NCBI RefSeq assembly: GCF_027921745.1
Contig: NC_079238.1
Coordinates: 5,332,001 to 5,396,000 of the forward strand
Reading direction: 5' to 3'
Source: Schizosaccharomyces osmophilus
Taxonomy: Eukaryota
Length of the DNA stretch: 64,000 bases
The number at the start of each line of letters is the position of its first letter. Position 1 is the stretch's first letter. The position numbers were made by a program, and so were the translations under genes. Below are positions 33,317-44,454 of this stretch, piece by piece. The notes under the pieces are model-generated. The model had not been told where the DNA came from, did no database searches, and worked only from the letters and a program-made list of their open reading frames with translations.

Positions 33317-34258
33317 CTATCGATTTTCAACAATGCTTTTGGCATCAATTTCCTTTCGCTGAACAATTACTGTGCGGTCCAAGTTCGCAGAGTCTTTCCA
33401 AATCGTAGCATCAAAGACGCTGCCTGAGAACAGATTCTTGACATAGTTGGCTTGTTTAGAAGAACCAATTTCAAAAGCGAGATATCTCAAGGCATCTTTC
33501 GTAAGGAATGGGTCCTTCAACAGTTCAAACACATAAGACGCAATGACTTTATAAAACTGATTACCGTCCTCTTGAGCTACAAGCGCATGTCTTGGCTCGT
33601 ACCTTTTAACACTTAGGTCCGTGTTGGTATGAAACTCGGTTGGTGATATATACGGTGGGTTGCATAAGACAACATGACAATCTTTCAATAAATCAAACAT
33701 CGCTTTCTGTGCAGATAAAACATTGATTTTGTGAAATTGAGTATCCAGCGTAGAGCTGTCGTGCTTGCAAGTAAGCAGGTTTTTAGCTGCTATATGAAGA
33801 GCTTTTGAGGAATTATCGACAACATGGAGATGATGAGGACGCTTGAGAGACGTCGAAACATAGCTGCTAATGCACCCGGAACCTGTACACAAGTCCAAGA
33901 TGCGTATGGGATTTGGAACCGACAACGAATTCAACAAGGGAATCGTCCTCTCTACCCATTCCTCTGTCTCCCATCGGGGAATCAGAACTCCTGGTCTGCA
34001 TTGTATATCTAAAGAACCAAAGGGTTGTGTTTGTAATATATACTGTAATGGGTATTTACGACCACGAAGTTTGCAGGCTTGTATAATTTTTCGTTGAATT
34101 TGCAGTTTACTGTCTTTTGGACAAAGTTCCCGTAGCTCTTGACTGATCCATTTCCATTCTTGTTTAGCCTGTTCGGTACTTTTGGTTGCTCGATATAAAT
34201 CAGCTAAGAATCGATTGTTTTTCAAAAAAGTTTTCCATTTTAATTTACGTTGTAACAT
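33317..34258 (-). CDS. mtq1: HemK/PrmC-type N5-glutamine methyltransferase, probably mitochondrial
   Basis: PLQYIL, VLIPRWETE, LDLCTGSGCI, NPPYI; basic N-terminus. Confidence 0.92.
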   Translation of the reverse strand: MLQRKLKWKTFLKNNRFLADLYRATKSTEQAKQEWKWISQELRELCPKDSKLQIQRKIIQACKLRGRKYPLQYILQTQPFGSLDIQCRPGVLIPRWETEEWVERTIPLLNSLSVPNPIRILDLCTGSGCISSYVSTSLKRPHHLHVVDNSSKALHIAAKNLLTCKHDSSTLDTQFHKINVLSAQKAMFDLLKDCHVVLCNPPYISPTEFHTNTDLSVKRYEPRHALVAQEDGNQFYKVIASYVFELLKDPFLTKDALRYLAFEIGSSKQANYVKNLFSGSVFDATIWKDSANLDRTVIVQRKEIDAKSIVENR

Positions 34259-35032
34259 GAAGAAGATTCATTGATTCCTTCAACATGAGGGTGTCTATTC
34301 TTACTTATTGACTGTCTGCCACTGCTAGGATATATACATGCATGTTCATGAAGGAAGATGAGGTTTAAGAGCATGTGAAAAACGAATTGGATTCATTCAA
34401 TTTAATTAGATTTACAAAAACTAAATGTAACGCAGATGAAAAAAATAAAGAAAACAAACATTCTTGTTCAACTATCTGCAATGATCAGACAGTAAAATCA
34501 AGGATCAGAGAAAATGAAAACAATAACACAAGTTATGATAGAATTAATAAGTCCTCTAAAAAAACGCAGTTATTACTGTATATCGCTTAAAATACAATGA
34601 CAAAATGAGTGGTTTGTTAAGCACTCAACTGTCAAGTTCTTATGTGCGTCTATCAATGAAATCGTAAGACAGAGCAGGGCAGGGCAGACGGTAATGCTCG
34701 AATTATTCCGTGTCATATTCGTAGTGGTCTAATTAAAAAGCGAACAAGAAAAGGGCAATACAGTTCATACGAAAAGAACGACAACTTTTTTGGATTTACA
34801 TAATGTCAACCTCTTAAGCTTTCCTTTCTTTTAATAGATTAAACAAAAAAACAAAACATCTATCACCTTTTCGTAAACATTAAAGGTTAAAGAAAAAACG
34901 TAAACAAGATTTAGAAGAGCGTTGAAAACTTCCAAAGAAAAAGAAACCAATAAAAATTAAATAGAGATAGAGCAAAAGGGACAATGTGGATTATTAAAAC
35001 AAATAAAAAATTCTAAAGACAGCTGAATTTTT

Positions 35033-35878
35033 TTAAGGATTCACGACAGCGACGTCAGACAAATTGATTAATAATTGAGCCAAACACTTCTTGGTGTTAT
35101 GGTCGTCTTTTAAGACATGGGCAAAAGTGGCATCACGGAGAGGTTCGGGCAAGCAATGGCGCAAAGCTTCTCTTGCACGAGGATTATCACTTAAACGAAG
35201 GTAGCAGCGAATGACATGCTTCAACAAGCGAAAAGCAAAAGAATCCACAAGTTGTAAAACCATATTATTCAGTACGGAAGCAACGGCATAAAAGCGTTCA
35301 TATGTTTGGCAAATGTATTGCAAGCCAACATCATCGCAAAGGAATTTTTGGACGATGAAGATGGCAACTGTTTTGGAGAGCTCAGAGCCGTTTTCCATGA
35401 TACGAAGACACAAAGGAATAATTTCAGTAGAAAGAAGAAAATTGATGACTTCGGGAGAATCGTTTTTAACGAGGGCACCAATGACACCTAAACTAGTCAA
35501 CCGAAGGTATTCAAACGGTTTGGACTTGGATAGGGTATTAAGAAAAGGGTACAAAAAGAGAGTGATGTGAGCATTCAAAAAATGAATTCTTGTTTCAGGA
35601 TGAGAGGCGATACATTGCAACAAAGCTAACGCATTACAAACACGGTTCGATGTCGGCCCTGTCAAGGTAGGGGGATTAAGGAGTGGGTAGACACTGATAA
35701 TTTCTTGTAATAACGCGGTCATAACGCCATAAGAATGCCAAAGAATCAGAGCCAAATCTTCGTATTGCTCGCGTTTACGTGATAATTCCACCAGTGCTTG
35801 TTCGCGTTGTGTACCTTGAACAATTTCAATAATCCATTCGTAAACAAGAGCTGGTTCATAAGACGTAGGGGATTCCAT
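35033..35878 (-). CDS. rcd1: CCR4-NOT subunit Rcd1/Caf40/CNOT9
   Basis: [46 protein letters not shown]. Confidence 0.97.
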   Translation of the reverse strand: MESPTSYEPALVYEWIIEIVQGTQREQALVELSRKREQYEDLALILWHSYGVMTALLQEIISVYPLLNPPTLTGPTSNRVCNALALLQCIASHPETRIHFLNAHITLFLYPFLNTLSKSKPFEYLRLTSLGVIGALVKNDSPEVINFLLSTEIIPLCLRIMENGSELSKTVAIFIVQKFLCDDVGLQYICQTYERFYAVASVLNNMVLQLVDSFAFRLLKHVIRCYLRLSDNPRAREALRHCLPEPLRDATFAHVLKDDHNTKKCLAQLLINLSDVAVVNP

Positions 35879-37316
35879 TTTTATATAAAATTATAATAAT
35901 AAGTAAGCAACTTAGTAAAACGAGTTCCTTTCGTGGAGAGGAAGAATATCAAATCAGATCCTGTCCTGCAAAATCTACCAATAAATACAAGACACAAACA
36001 AGGGCAAGGGCTGCTTTTTGATGCTTTATTCGTACAGATGTCGACCTCACAAAATTCCAAAGAGAATAGAACAACACGGATTCTTCTTTTACTAATAGAC
36101 GGTTGTAAATAAGAGCATACAAAACGATCCTAGTGAAAAGAACCAGGAATCCAATAAATATATTAATTTAAAGAGTATAACAATTCTCTAAAGCAAATGC
36201 AAATTGTTTCTCCTTTTTTTGATGCTTCTGACACCTTGAAAATGAGAGAATATGGGTATTTTATAGAAAATGGTTTTTTTTACGTTTTAGTTGTCGTTGC
36301 GGAAGGCAGCCTTTCTTTCATATCCGGCAAATGGCAGTAAAGAAATACGGATTGTGAAGTGAAGTGAAGGGTGCAATAAGAATAGCACGCAATACCGCGT
36401 GCGATAATAAATAAATAAAATCACAAAATGAACAAAAAAAAAAGAAAAAAAAAGGAATGAGTCTGTAGGTAGTTTTAAAACTTCTTTTTCTTTTCCGTTG
36501 TTTTTATTGTAATGAAAAAACCAACCCTGTCCATCGACAATTTATATTTTCCTATATCGACGCGTAGTTTCCTTTAAATCTATACATAATCGTAAAGGAT
36601 ACAAATATAAAAAACTTGTTGTACAAAGTATCATGTAGAAAAGACGAAAAAAAAATTTTCATTAAGGTATAAAAGGACCACCGATCCCTCTCTTGTCGCG
36701 TTGAAAGTTGACACCCATCGAATTTGATTCCTCTTGAGCTTTTTCAATTTGCATTGATAAAGGAATTGAATACGATGGGGAGAAAAAGAGTCCTTTTCTC
36801 CCAAGCGTATTCAAGGTTCACCTACCCTTGGATTCCCCGTGGAAAGGCGACATATCGTCTAGCTTACATGTTGATAGAATATAATCTTACACGATCATAT
36901 AAAAATATAAAATATGGGTTTATAAGAACTTTTAGAAACAGTAGTAGTATTCGTAGGAATGAGGCTTTTGTAGAAAGAGGCCTGGTTCATAGAGGCCTGG
37001 GTTCTGTCATGAAACATCTTTGTTGCTAGTTTTCCATGCGATTGACGGACGGTTCATTGCCAAAAACTCTGCTGTTTCCCTTACCATCAAGTGAGGAGTA
37101 GTGACAGTTGTCAGACTGAGGCTGCCTGAGTCTTTCTGTACTTGATTCGAATGTGAATGTTTATCGATTCCCTTTCCACTGACAGACATGCCTTGGTCAT
37201 GGTACCATGCCATACACAGCTCTTTTGCAGACGGCAACATCATTATATAATATTAGTGTATAATATCATACAAGTAAAATATTTTTTTAGAATAACCTTG
37301 ATAACCCAATGGTCCT

Positions 37317-37327
37317 GGTTCGAATCC
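37317..37327 (+). promoter_or_regulatory. Isolated Pol III B-box (GGTTCGAATCC), candidate TFIIIC site
   Basis: Exact B-box consensus; no cloverleaf can be built around it. Confidence 0.45.
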
Positions 37328-37638
37328 CATAAAGAACACATTTTTTATAAACAACTGGCGCCATAGACATTCCTCTGTTCTTTCACAACAAACGCAGTCG
37401 GATCGCCAATTTCTTTATTCCTGTATTGATAATACCAAAGGAGCGTTGCTATTTTTTGCTTTCTCTACAAATTAGTCTTCGGATGGCACGTATTTACGGG
37501 AATTTAAAGATCACCGTTCGCTAATTCCCTACTCATTTGTTTCCTATATAATACAAACGTTTTGCTTTGGATAAAAAAGAAAGCTTATAGTAATTCGTCT
37601 TCCTTTATTTTTTTCTTTTATATCTCAGATTTGATCCT

Positions 37639-40600
37639 ATGAATGCTGAATTGACTTCCAACAACAAAGGAGAGTCTGCGCCTTCAGCAGTTCAAACTGA
37701 TTCTTCCATTGAATCAACCCGGCCTGAGTCTCTTCAACAAGTGGATGATTCCAATAAACTGATGCATTCTGCAACAACCCAGGATGAGAAACACCAGTCG
37801 TCCGAGATGGATCAACCAAACGCTTCTGCTGCCTCCTCTTTGAAGGATGTAGAAGAGAATTCTTACGCTCATGATCAGGATACCATACCAACTGCTATTG
37901 ATGAGTCTGTTCCTAGCCAGGATCCTATAGATGTTCATACGCAAGATGACATCGAGACAAAGCCCAGCGAGCCAGAGCCTTTGTCGAACCAGGATCCTGT
38001 AGATGTTCATACGCAAGATGACATCGAGACAAAGCCCAGCGAGCCAGAGCCTTTGTCGAACCAGGATCCTGTAAATGTTCATACGCAAGATGACATCGAG
38101 ACAAAGCCCAGCGAGCCAGAGCTTTTGTCGAACCAGGATCCTGTAAATGTTCATACGCAAGATGACATCGAGACAAAGCCCAGCGAGCCAGAGCTTTTGT
38201 CGAACCAGGATCCTGTAGTTGTTCATACACAAAACGACACAGAGACAAAGCCGGACGAACCGGACTCTGTGCAAGAGCAGGTCGAAGTTGAGAAAGGTGA
38301 AGTGGTTTCGGTTGTTCCATTATCGAGGGATCCATCTGAGTTGGAAACAAAAGTTAATGAATTGGAAGAAGCAAAACAAGACACACCACAGAAATTGGAG
38401 TCAGAGGACACTCAATCACAAAATACGAATGTCAATGAAGCTAACGTCCCAAGAACAGCGGCTTCAACTGGTGAACCTGCCAAGGAAGCTTTTACTTCTT
38501 CTGCTGACAACCGTATCTCTGTGTCCCATTTGTTTGCGAATGATGAGCCTTCCAGTTTGGGGTTTTTTGACAACCTCGTTCAAGCTGCAGACTCTCATCC
38601 TACTGCGGATATGGATAACAGTGACAGCCTTTTTGGCGAATTCAACCAAGGTTTTGAGATTAATGCGCAAGATGAAACCAACTATAATAACTATAATGAC
38701 TCCCAATTCCCACCTACAAAGTCAACCATGGAAGCTGATTATGACCATCCGGTTTCTGCATCTACGGAACCAGTTTTATCATCGTCTTCAAAACACTTGG
38801 AGATGGACTATCGGAACGAAGAGCTAATGGTTCCAAATAATGAGCCATTCAGTGAAAATAACTTTGACAAGGAAGCAACTGGTGTTTCCACTGACGAAGT
38901 ACAACCTAGTTCAAGTGAACTCTTTCGTCAGCAATCTTCTGAACCAACACCGGCAGCAAACCAAGATCAGATAGATGAGACACCTGTTTTTCACGATGAT
39001 TCCCACAATAGATCCAACATGGAAACGTCTCATCCAGAGACGGAAGAAACTGCAGATCTCTTTCAGAATAATCCAGAAGAAGAGGATAGGTTTTTCAGTG
39101 AAGTTTTACAACCTCACGAACAAGCTCCTTCCACTCAACCAAAGGATCACGTTGCTGATCCTTCTTTGGATGTTTTCTCTTCCTTTCAGCACCCTCCTGT
39201 GGACGAAGATGCCGCCTTGTTCAATCAATTCGCCAACGATGATGCACCCTTAGGAGGATTGCTGGAAAGCAGCAATACAAACGATAATGAATTGATAGAT
39301 GATTCCGAGTTTTCTTCATTATTGGATAACTTTTTGAAACCAGCTGCTCAACCGCCTGCTTCTTCCTATATCCCCACACAACCGAAACAGTTGCCAACAA
39401 CACCATTACCTCCATTAGATACTACAAAGCGTTCGTCTTCCCAGAGTTCTAAGCCTTTCGTTGCTTCCAAAGAAGGTTATAGCTCACCATATGACCTTCC
39501 TGAAGAAATTGTCCAACAGGCTCAACAAAAGCGATCTGCCACTTATACTTCTGCTCGAAAAGCTGCTCAGATATCCGCATCAAAAATTAGCTCCCCTACA
39601 GTGAGTAGTTTTCAAGGGCTAAATGCTCCTCCTATTCCTCCAGAAACTTCGGTTCCACTTAGTACCACAAGACAACGTCCTAACGTCCCTCCAGCCCCTC
39701 CTGTTGTTAATACTCTCCCCGCTACGAATCCAGCTCGCCCTTCTGTCACGCAAGCACCTAGAACAAATGATAATTCTTATGGAACTGGGAGGTATACTCC
39801 TGGTTTGTCTAGCGAGATGCCTTCAGCAGCTCCAGTGGTTCCTATGCAGGAAGCAAATACTTTGGAAACAAAGCCTCCTTTAGCACGAAATTATACGAGA
39901 TCTCCATATGCTCCTATAGTATCTCCTAAAGAACTCCCACATGTTCAACAGGCGCCTCGTGTTCCGGTTTCTTATACTCCGGTTGAGACCCAAAAGCCTT
40001 TGGCTTCAGTTCCCAATATTCCTCCACCAAGCAACCAAAGAGAGTTGCAAGCATCTACGATTGATGGCTCCGCTGTACCCTATAACCCGCTGACAGCAGC
40101 CCAGTCAAAAGTAGGTTATTCGCCATCAGTAAAGGTTGGAAGATCATATCCTAGCGTTCCCGATTTACAGGCCTCCATACCTCCTTTCGAACATTTCTCA
40201 CCATTTATGAACGGGAATGAAATACAGTCAATTCGAGGAAGCACAGCACCACCACTGTCACCTGCTCAAGTTCATCCATATACTCCAATACACGATACAT
40301 CAACTCTTAATAAAACAGACCCATCATCACTTAATCGAGGATACAACCCTGAAGCTTTCCCTTCAGATATTCCCGGGACTACCCTTCCTCCGACCGAGCG
40401 TCCTATTTCTCGCACAAGAAGTCCAGTTCTTTTTCATAGGGAAAGTATACCAGATCGGCCCGCCACTGTTTCATTGCCTGCTAAGCAACATTCTGATATT
40501 GAAAGAAAGAGTTTGAGTGAGATGCAGCGAGAGCCCAAATTGGCCGAGAGCGCTAATTCATTGTCCATTGAAACTAGGATTGGCAACAGTTATTTGAGCG

Positions 40601-43551
40601 CTCACTCAGCTCAACCATATTCGAACCCATCGCCCCATCCTTTAGATCTACGATCTAATATCGCCGCATCTGTTCCTGTATCACCGAACTTTTCTGCTTC
40701 TAAGCCCATTAAGAATTTGGTTTCATCTGATGAAACGTTACAACAGCAAATAAATTTAATCAGGTCGAAACCAAAGCCGATTATAAACTTTGGCCCTTGT
40801 GGAACAGTGATAACTTCTTTTCCAATATCAAGTCAGTTTTATTCTGTAAATGGAACAAGGGATAATTTCCAGCCAGGGCTTTTGAAGCTTCAAAGCCTAA
40901 ATGATTTAATACCTCCGGAAAATGACAATGTTATTAAGTTCCCTGGCCCATTCATAGCTTCTGGTGATAAACTTGAAAAAAATGCCAAGAATGCGGCAAA
41001 GGAATGGATTTCTAAATATATAGAAAATTTAAAGTCAGGAATAACTTATTCATCTTCTGATGATACATCTGAAATAGAAGACAAGCTATTATTGCTTCAA
41101 ACAATGGAACAGCTTCTCAGCATACCGGATATGTCAACTTTCCCAGAAAGTCTACTTAAGATTCTTATGCCTGGGTTTGAGAAGCCTGCTCCTTGCAATA
41201 CTGCGACAACTGTACAAGAATTAATTAGTCCAGAGAGAAGCGTTGATAGTTCTCCGGTGGTATCATCGGGGAATACTACAGGCTCCTTTTTAGAACGCAT
41301 TTACAGTTACTTACTAATTGGTGACAAGGAGGAAGCACTCAATTTCGCTTTACAAGAGAAACAATGGACTTTTGCTTTGCTTATTTCCTTCGCATTAGGG
41401 CCAAAGGTTTTGGAAGGTACAGTAAGAAGTTTTGCAAAATCTGAAGTAAAAATGGAGATGTTGAAGCCGGGTGTTGGTATAAATCTTCAGTTAGCATTAC
41501 AGTTATTATCTGGAGCTGATGCTGCATCAATGTCTGAATTTTCGAGTACATCGTCTTTATTAAATCTATCTGCGCAGTCAGCTACTACGAATGCATTGGC
41601 TTCATGGAAGGAGTTGGTTGTCAATATCATTTGCAGCCAATACAAAGATAAAAATAATGCATTAATTGAGCTGGGCAAATTGCTTTTACAGGAAAAGCGA
41701 ATTTACGCTGCTCATTTGGTGTTCATGTTGACATTTTCTTCTGAAATTTGTTCACAGCATCCTCAGTCCTTATTTCACCTGTTGGGCCTTCCTAAGGATG
41801 GAACTTTACCTACCCGTGAAGAATTATTAGACAGCATTCAGCTGACTGAAGTTTTGGCTTTAATCTATAGTATTCACACCGATCGAGGTGTGATTACGTA
41901 TCCCCATTTGATGAATGATCGACTTTACCTTGCTACGACGTTGTCCGAAAGAGGCGAGATCCATACAGCTAAAAAATATTGCGAATTAATTGGGACTTAC
42001 TTGAATAAGGCATCCAAGAAAGGATCGACTTTGGATCCTGCTTTCATTTTCGCTGTACGAGACTTGACCCAACAAATTTTTGAAAATAGTTCCAGTGAAG
42101 ACGTTACTACTTCATGGTTGGGTAGGACTGTGTCAAGACCGCGTCTGGATAACGTGCTTTCTTCGTTGGGTAGCAAGTTCAGCAAGTTTGTCGCCGGAGA
42201 AAATGATTATGACATTTCGCGCCCAGCAACCGCAAATGATGGACCGTTTGGAAAAGTAGCCGCTCATCAAGAAGCGACTTCACGTGCCGGATCTGCAATG
42301 GGATACGGAAATAATAATGATTTAAGGCCTTATTCATCTGGAATATTGAATCCTAATGATATGGTTGCACACTATGGCATGAGCCAAGGAAATGCTCCAT
42401 ATATGAACAGATTTGAACCTGCGGGTGTAAGCAATGAATATCCTTATGTGCCGGCCTCAGCCTTGCAAGAACATCAGGACAACGTTTCCAACCTTAATTT
42501 GGCTGCAGATTCTGAAATATCTTCACCGGGACAAATGCAGGCTCAGCTAAAAACGAAACAGCCACCAGTTTACGGAGAAGATTTATCTGGCCCTCAATAT
42601 ACTCCATTCGCACCACCTGTCCCCACTCAGGGTGCTTATGTGCCGCGCACTTCTGTTGAAGAAGGTTTTGGGACAGGAATGGAAGGGGAACCTCTGGAAA
42701 GTCCTTACCGATACAAGGCTCCAGTTCCTGAAGTTTCCACAGCTCCTGTTGTGCCCCAGTATGCGCCTTCACAGTATGCTCCTATAGGACAGACGAACGA
42801 AGCGTCGCCGTATGCTCCAATAAATACGAACGCATACGTACCGAAGGTCCCTGAAGCTGAGAAAGAGCAGAATCCGATGGAGAACTTGACTACATCCATG
42901 CAGGATTTAAGTTTTAATCCTGATCGAAGTGAGCAAGCTAAAAGAGCGGCTGCGCAAAATGTTGCAGAGCTCGTAAAACGCGAAGAAGAAGAGAAGGCAA
43001 GGGAGAAAGCCGCTGCTTCGGAGAAAAAAAGCAATAAGAAGGGATGGTTTTCGAAGCTTTTACGCAGAGATGATAACAAGGAGCAATCATCGGTTTTCCA
43101 AGCCAAATTAGGGGAGAAATCACATTTGCGGTATAACAAAGAGTTACGACGATGGGTGAATGAAGATGGTTCAGACTTGAACAATCAAGTGGCACCACCT
43201 CCACCTCCTCCAAAGGTTATTCCAAACATGCCTATGCCTATTCCAACGCAGGCTGCGAGTGAAATGGCACCTCCAAGTGTGCCAATGCCAATCCCAAGTG
43301 CAACAGCTACTGCTGGTGCGAATCTGCCTCCTGCTTCTGTTGGATTACCACCAACTTTAGGATCCGGTGGTTCACCTGGCTTGCCGAATATCCCCGCCAT
43401 TCCTCCCATGAGTCGTACAACTCCAGGTGCAAAGACGACAAGTGCTGATCCCTTGGAAGACATCTTACATTCTGTTCCTCCTCCGGCTACGGGCCGACGT
43501 GGAAAAGGTAAGACAAGTAAACGATATGTGGACGTTATGAGAGATACGTAA
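37639..43551 (+). CDS. sec16: COPII ER-exit-site scaffold Sec16
   Basis: Long acidic/Pro-rich disordered N-half; central conserved domain (FPGP, LLIGDKEEAL, AAHLVF); C-terminal KKGWF, AKLGE..LRYNKELRRWVN, RYVDV. Confidence 0.93.
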   Translation: MNAELTSNNKGESAPSAVQTDSSIESTRPESLQQVDDSNKLMHSATTQDEKHQSSEMDQPNASAASSLKDVEENSYAHDQDTIPTAIDESVPSQDPIDVHTQDDIETKPSEPEPLSNQDPVDVHTQDDIETKPSEPEPLSNQDPVNVHTQDDIETKPSEPELLSNQDPVNVHTQDDIETKPSEPELLSNQDPVVVHTQNDTETKPDEPDSVQEQVEVEKGEVVSVVPLSRDPSELETKVNELEEAKQDTPQKLESEDTQSQNTNVNEANVPRTAASTGEPAKEAFTSSADNRISVSHLFANDEPSSLGFFDNLVQAADSHPTADMDNSDSLFGEFNQGFEINAQDETNYNNYNDSQFPPTKSTMEADYDHPVSASTEPVLSSSSKHLEMDYRNEELMVPNNEPFSENNFDKEATGVSTDEVQPSSSELFRQQSSEPTPAANQDQIDETPVFHDDSHNRSNMETSHPETEETADLFQNNPEEEDRFFSEVLQPHEQAPSTQPKDHVADPSLDVFSSFQHPPVDEDAALFNQFANDDAPLGGLLESSNTNDNELIDDSEFSSLLDNFLKPAAQPPASSYIPTQPKQLPTTPLPPLDTTKRSSSQSSKPFVASKEGYSSPYDLPEEIVQQAQQKRSATYTSARKAAQISASKISSPTVSSFQGLNAPPIPPETSVPLSTTRQRPNVPPAPPVVNTLPATNPARPSVTQAPRTNDNSYGTGRYTPGLSSEMPSAAPVVPMQEANTLETKPPLARNYTRSPYAPIVSPKELPHVQQAPRVPVSYTPVETQKPLASVPNIPPPSNQRELQASTIDGSAVPYNPLTAAQSKVGYSPSVKVGRSYPSVPDLQASIPPFEHFSPFMNGNEIQSIRGSTAPPLSPAQVHPYTPIHDTSTLNKTDPSSLNRGYNPEAFPSDIPGTTLPPTERPISRTRSPVLFHRESIPDRPATVSLPAKQHSDIERKSLSEMQREPKLAESANSLSIETRIGNSYLSAHSAQPYSNPSPHPLDLRSNIAASVPVSPNFSASKPIKNLVSSDETLQQQINLIRSKPKPIINFGPCGTVITSFPISSQFYSVNGTRDNFQPGLLKLQSLNDLIPPENDNVIKFPGPFIASGDKLEKNAKNAAKEWISKYIENLKSGITYSSSDDTSEIEDKLLLLQTMEQLLSIPDMSTFPESLLKILMPGFEKPAPCNTATTVQELISPERSVDSSPVVSSGNTTGSFLERIYSYLLIGDKEEALNFALQEKQWTFALLISFALGPKVLEGTVRSFAKSEVKMEMLKPGVGINLQLALQLLSGADAASMSEFSSTSSLLNLSAQSATTNALASWKELVVNIICSQYKDKNNALIELGKLLLQEKRIYAAHLVFMLTFSSEICSQHPQSLFHLLGLPKDGTLPTREELLDSIQLTEVLALIYSIHTDRGVITYPHLMNDRLYLATTLSERGEIHTAKKYCELIGTYLNKASKKGSTLDPAFIFAVRDLTQQIFENSSSEDVTTSWLGRTVSRPRLDNVLSSLGSKFSKFVAGENDYDISRPATANDGPFGKVAAHQEATSRAGSAMGYGNNNDLRPYSSGILNPNDMVAHYGMSQGNAPYMNRFEPAGVSNEYPYVPASALQEHQDNVSNLNLAADSEISSPGQMQAQLKTKQPPVYGEDLSGPQYTPFAPPVPTQGAYVPRTSVEEGFGTGMEGEPLESPYRYKAPVPEVSTAPVVPQYAPSQYAPIGQTNEASPYAPINTNAYVPKVPEAEKEQNPMENLTTSMQDLSFNPDRSEQAKRAAAQNVAELVKREEEEKAREKAAASEKKSNKKGWFSKLLRRDDNKEQSSVFQAKLGEKSHLRYNKELRRWVNEDGSDLNNQVAPPPPPPKVIPNMPMPIPTQAASEMAPPSVPMPIPSATATAGANLPPASVGLPPTLGSGGSPGLPNIPAIPPMSRTTPGAKTTSADPLEDILHSVPPPATGRRGKGKTSKRYVDVMRDT
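37918..38252 (+). repeat. 72-bp in-frame tandem repeat in sec16, ~4.6 copies (QDPVDVHTQDDIETKPSEPEPLSN)
   Basis: Units start at 37918, 37990, 38062, 38134 and 38206 (last one partial and diverged); neighbouring full units differ by 0-2 nt. Confidence 0.97.
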
Positions 43552-44454
43552 AAAGTTACTCATGCGGACTTTTCTCTTCTATTCCTTCTTAATTTTGAAA
43601 ATAATGCGTTAGAAGGAAATGGATTCCATTACGATTTCTAGAATGTATAACCTCTATTCTTTATGATTATCATGGATAGATAATGATATTTACGAAAGTC
43701 TATGGTAGAAAACAATAATTTCGAAAAGATTGAAGGCAAACATTCAAATGTGTAAGACTAAACATCTATCAAGTCATGGCAATTGATAAAAGACGCTAGC
43801 TGCCGTAGAAAACAAATCAAACCAGCCAAGGAATTGAAGAAAAAAGTGACGATACAAAAAGTTTCCTTCTAGTTGACAAGAATCTTTTCTTTTTCTTTTC
43901 CTTTCGGTTCCAAAATCACCCTTTTTGTTAAACCTTTCTTTCTATACCTCTTGGTCTTTTACTATTTCTGACAGATGTTTCCACCATACATTTGGTTGGT
44001 TCTATAAATGTAAACGAACGCTAATGCTCAACTGTATAATTCATGAAGGAACAATTGACAAAATAAGGACATCAGATAGGTTATTCGATTTAAGAATACT
44101 GTCCAAATATAAAACATAAAACCCGAAATTTTTCGAGTTTTTATAAATACAATACTCTACAGATCAAATTAAATAAAGAGAACAATGTACACTATTTCAA
44201 AATATTTTATAATTAGCTTAGATCTAGTTTCCAAAAATAAACCTTTCTCGCTACTTTTAGTTTTCCATTCTCGTAGATTTTTTAAAAATAATATATTATT
44301 ATATATTGTTATTATATTAAGCAAGAGGTTTTGTCGGTTCTGCACTAAGATGAACGAACCACACACTGCATACTCCGAGTCGCCGTGATCTCTGTTTTTT
44401 GGCTACACCCAACTCCACCAAAACATTCCCCAAGACAACCGAAAATTAATCTCA

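Noticed and set aside
37020..37240. Possible snoRNA (GATTCCCTTTC antisense to a 25S stretch just before CTGA; CCATGCGATT antisense to 18S)
   Set aside because: Matches are only 10-11 nt, there is no credible C box, stem or host intron, and no known modification at the implied sites; compatible with chance.
37714..38350. Antisense ORFs with repeated peptides
   Set aside because: Shadows of the 72-bp sec16 repeat, which happens to lack stops in those frames.
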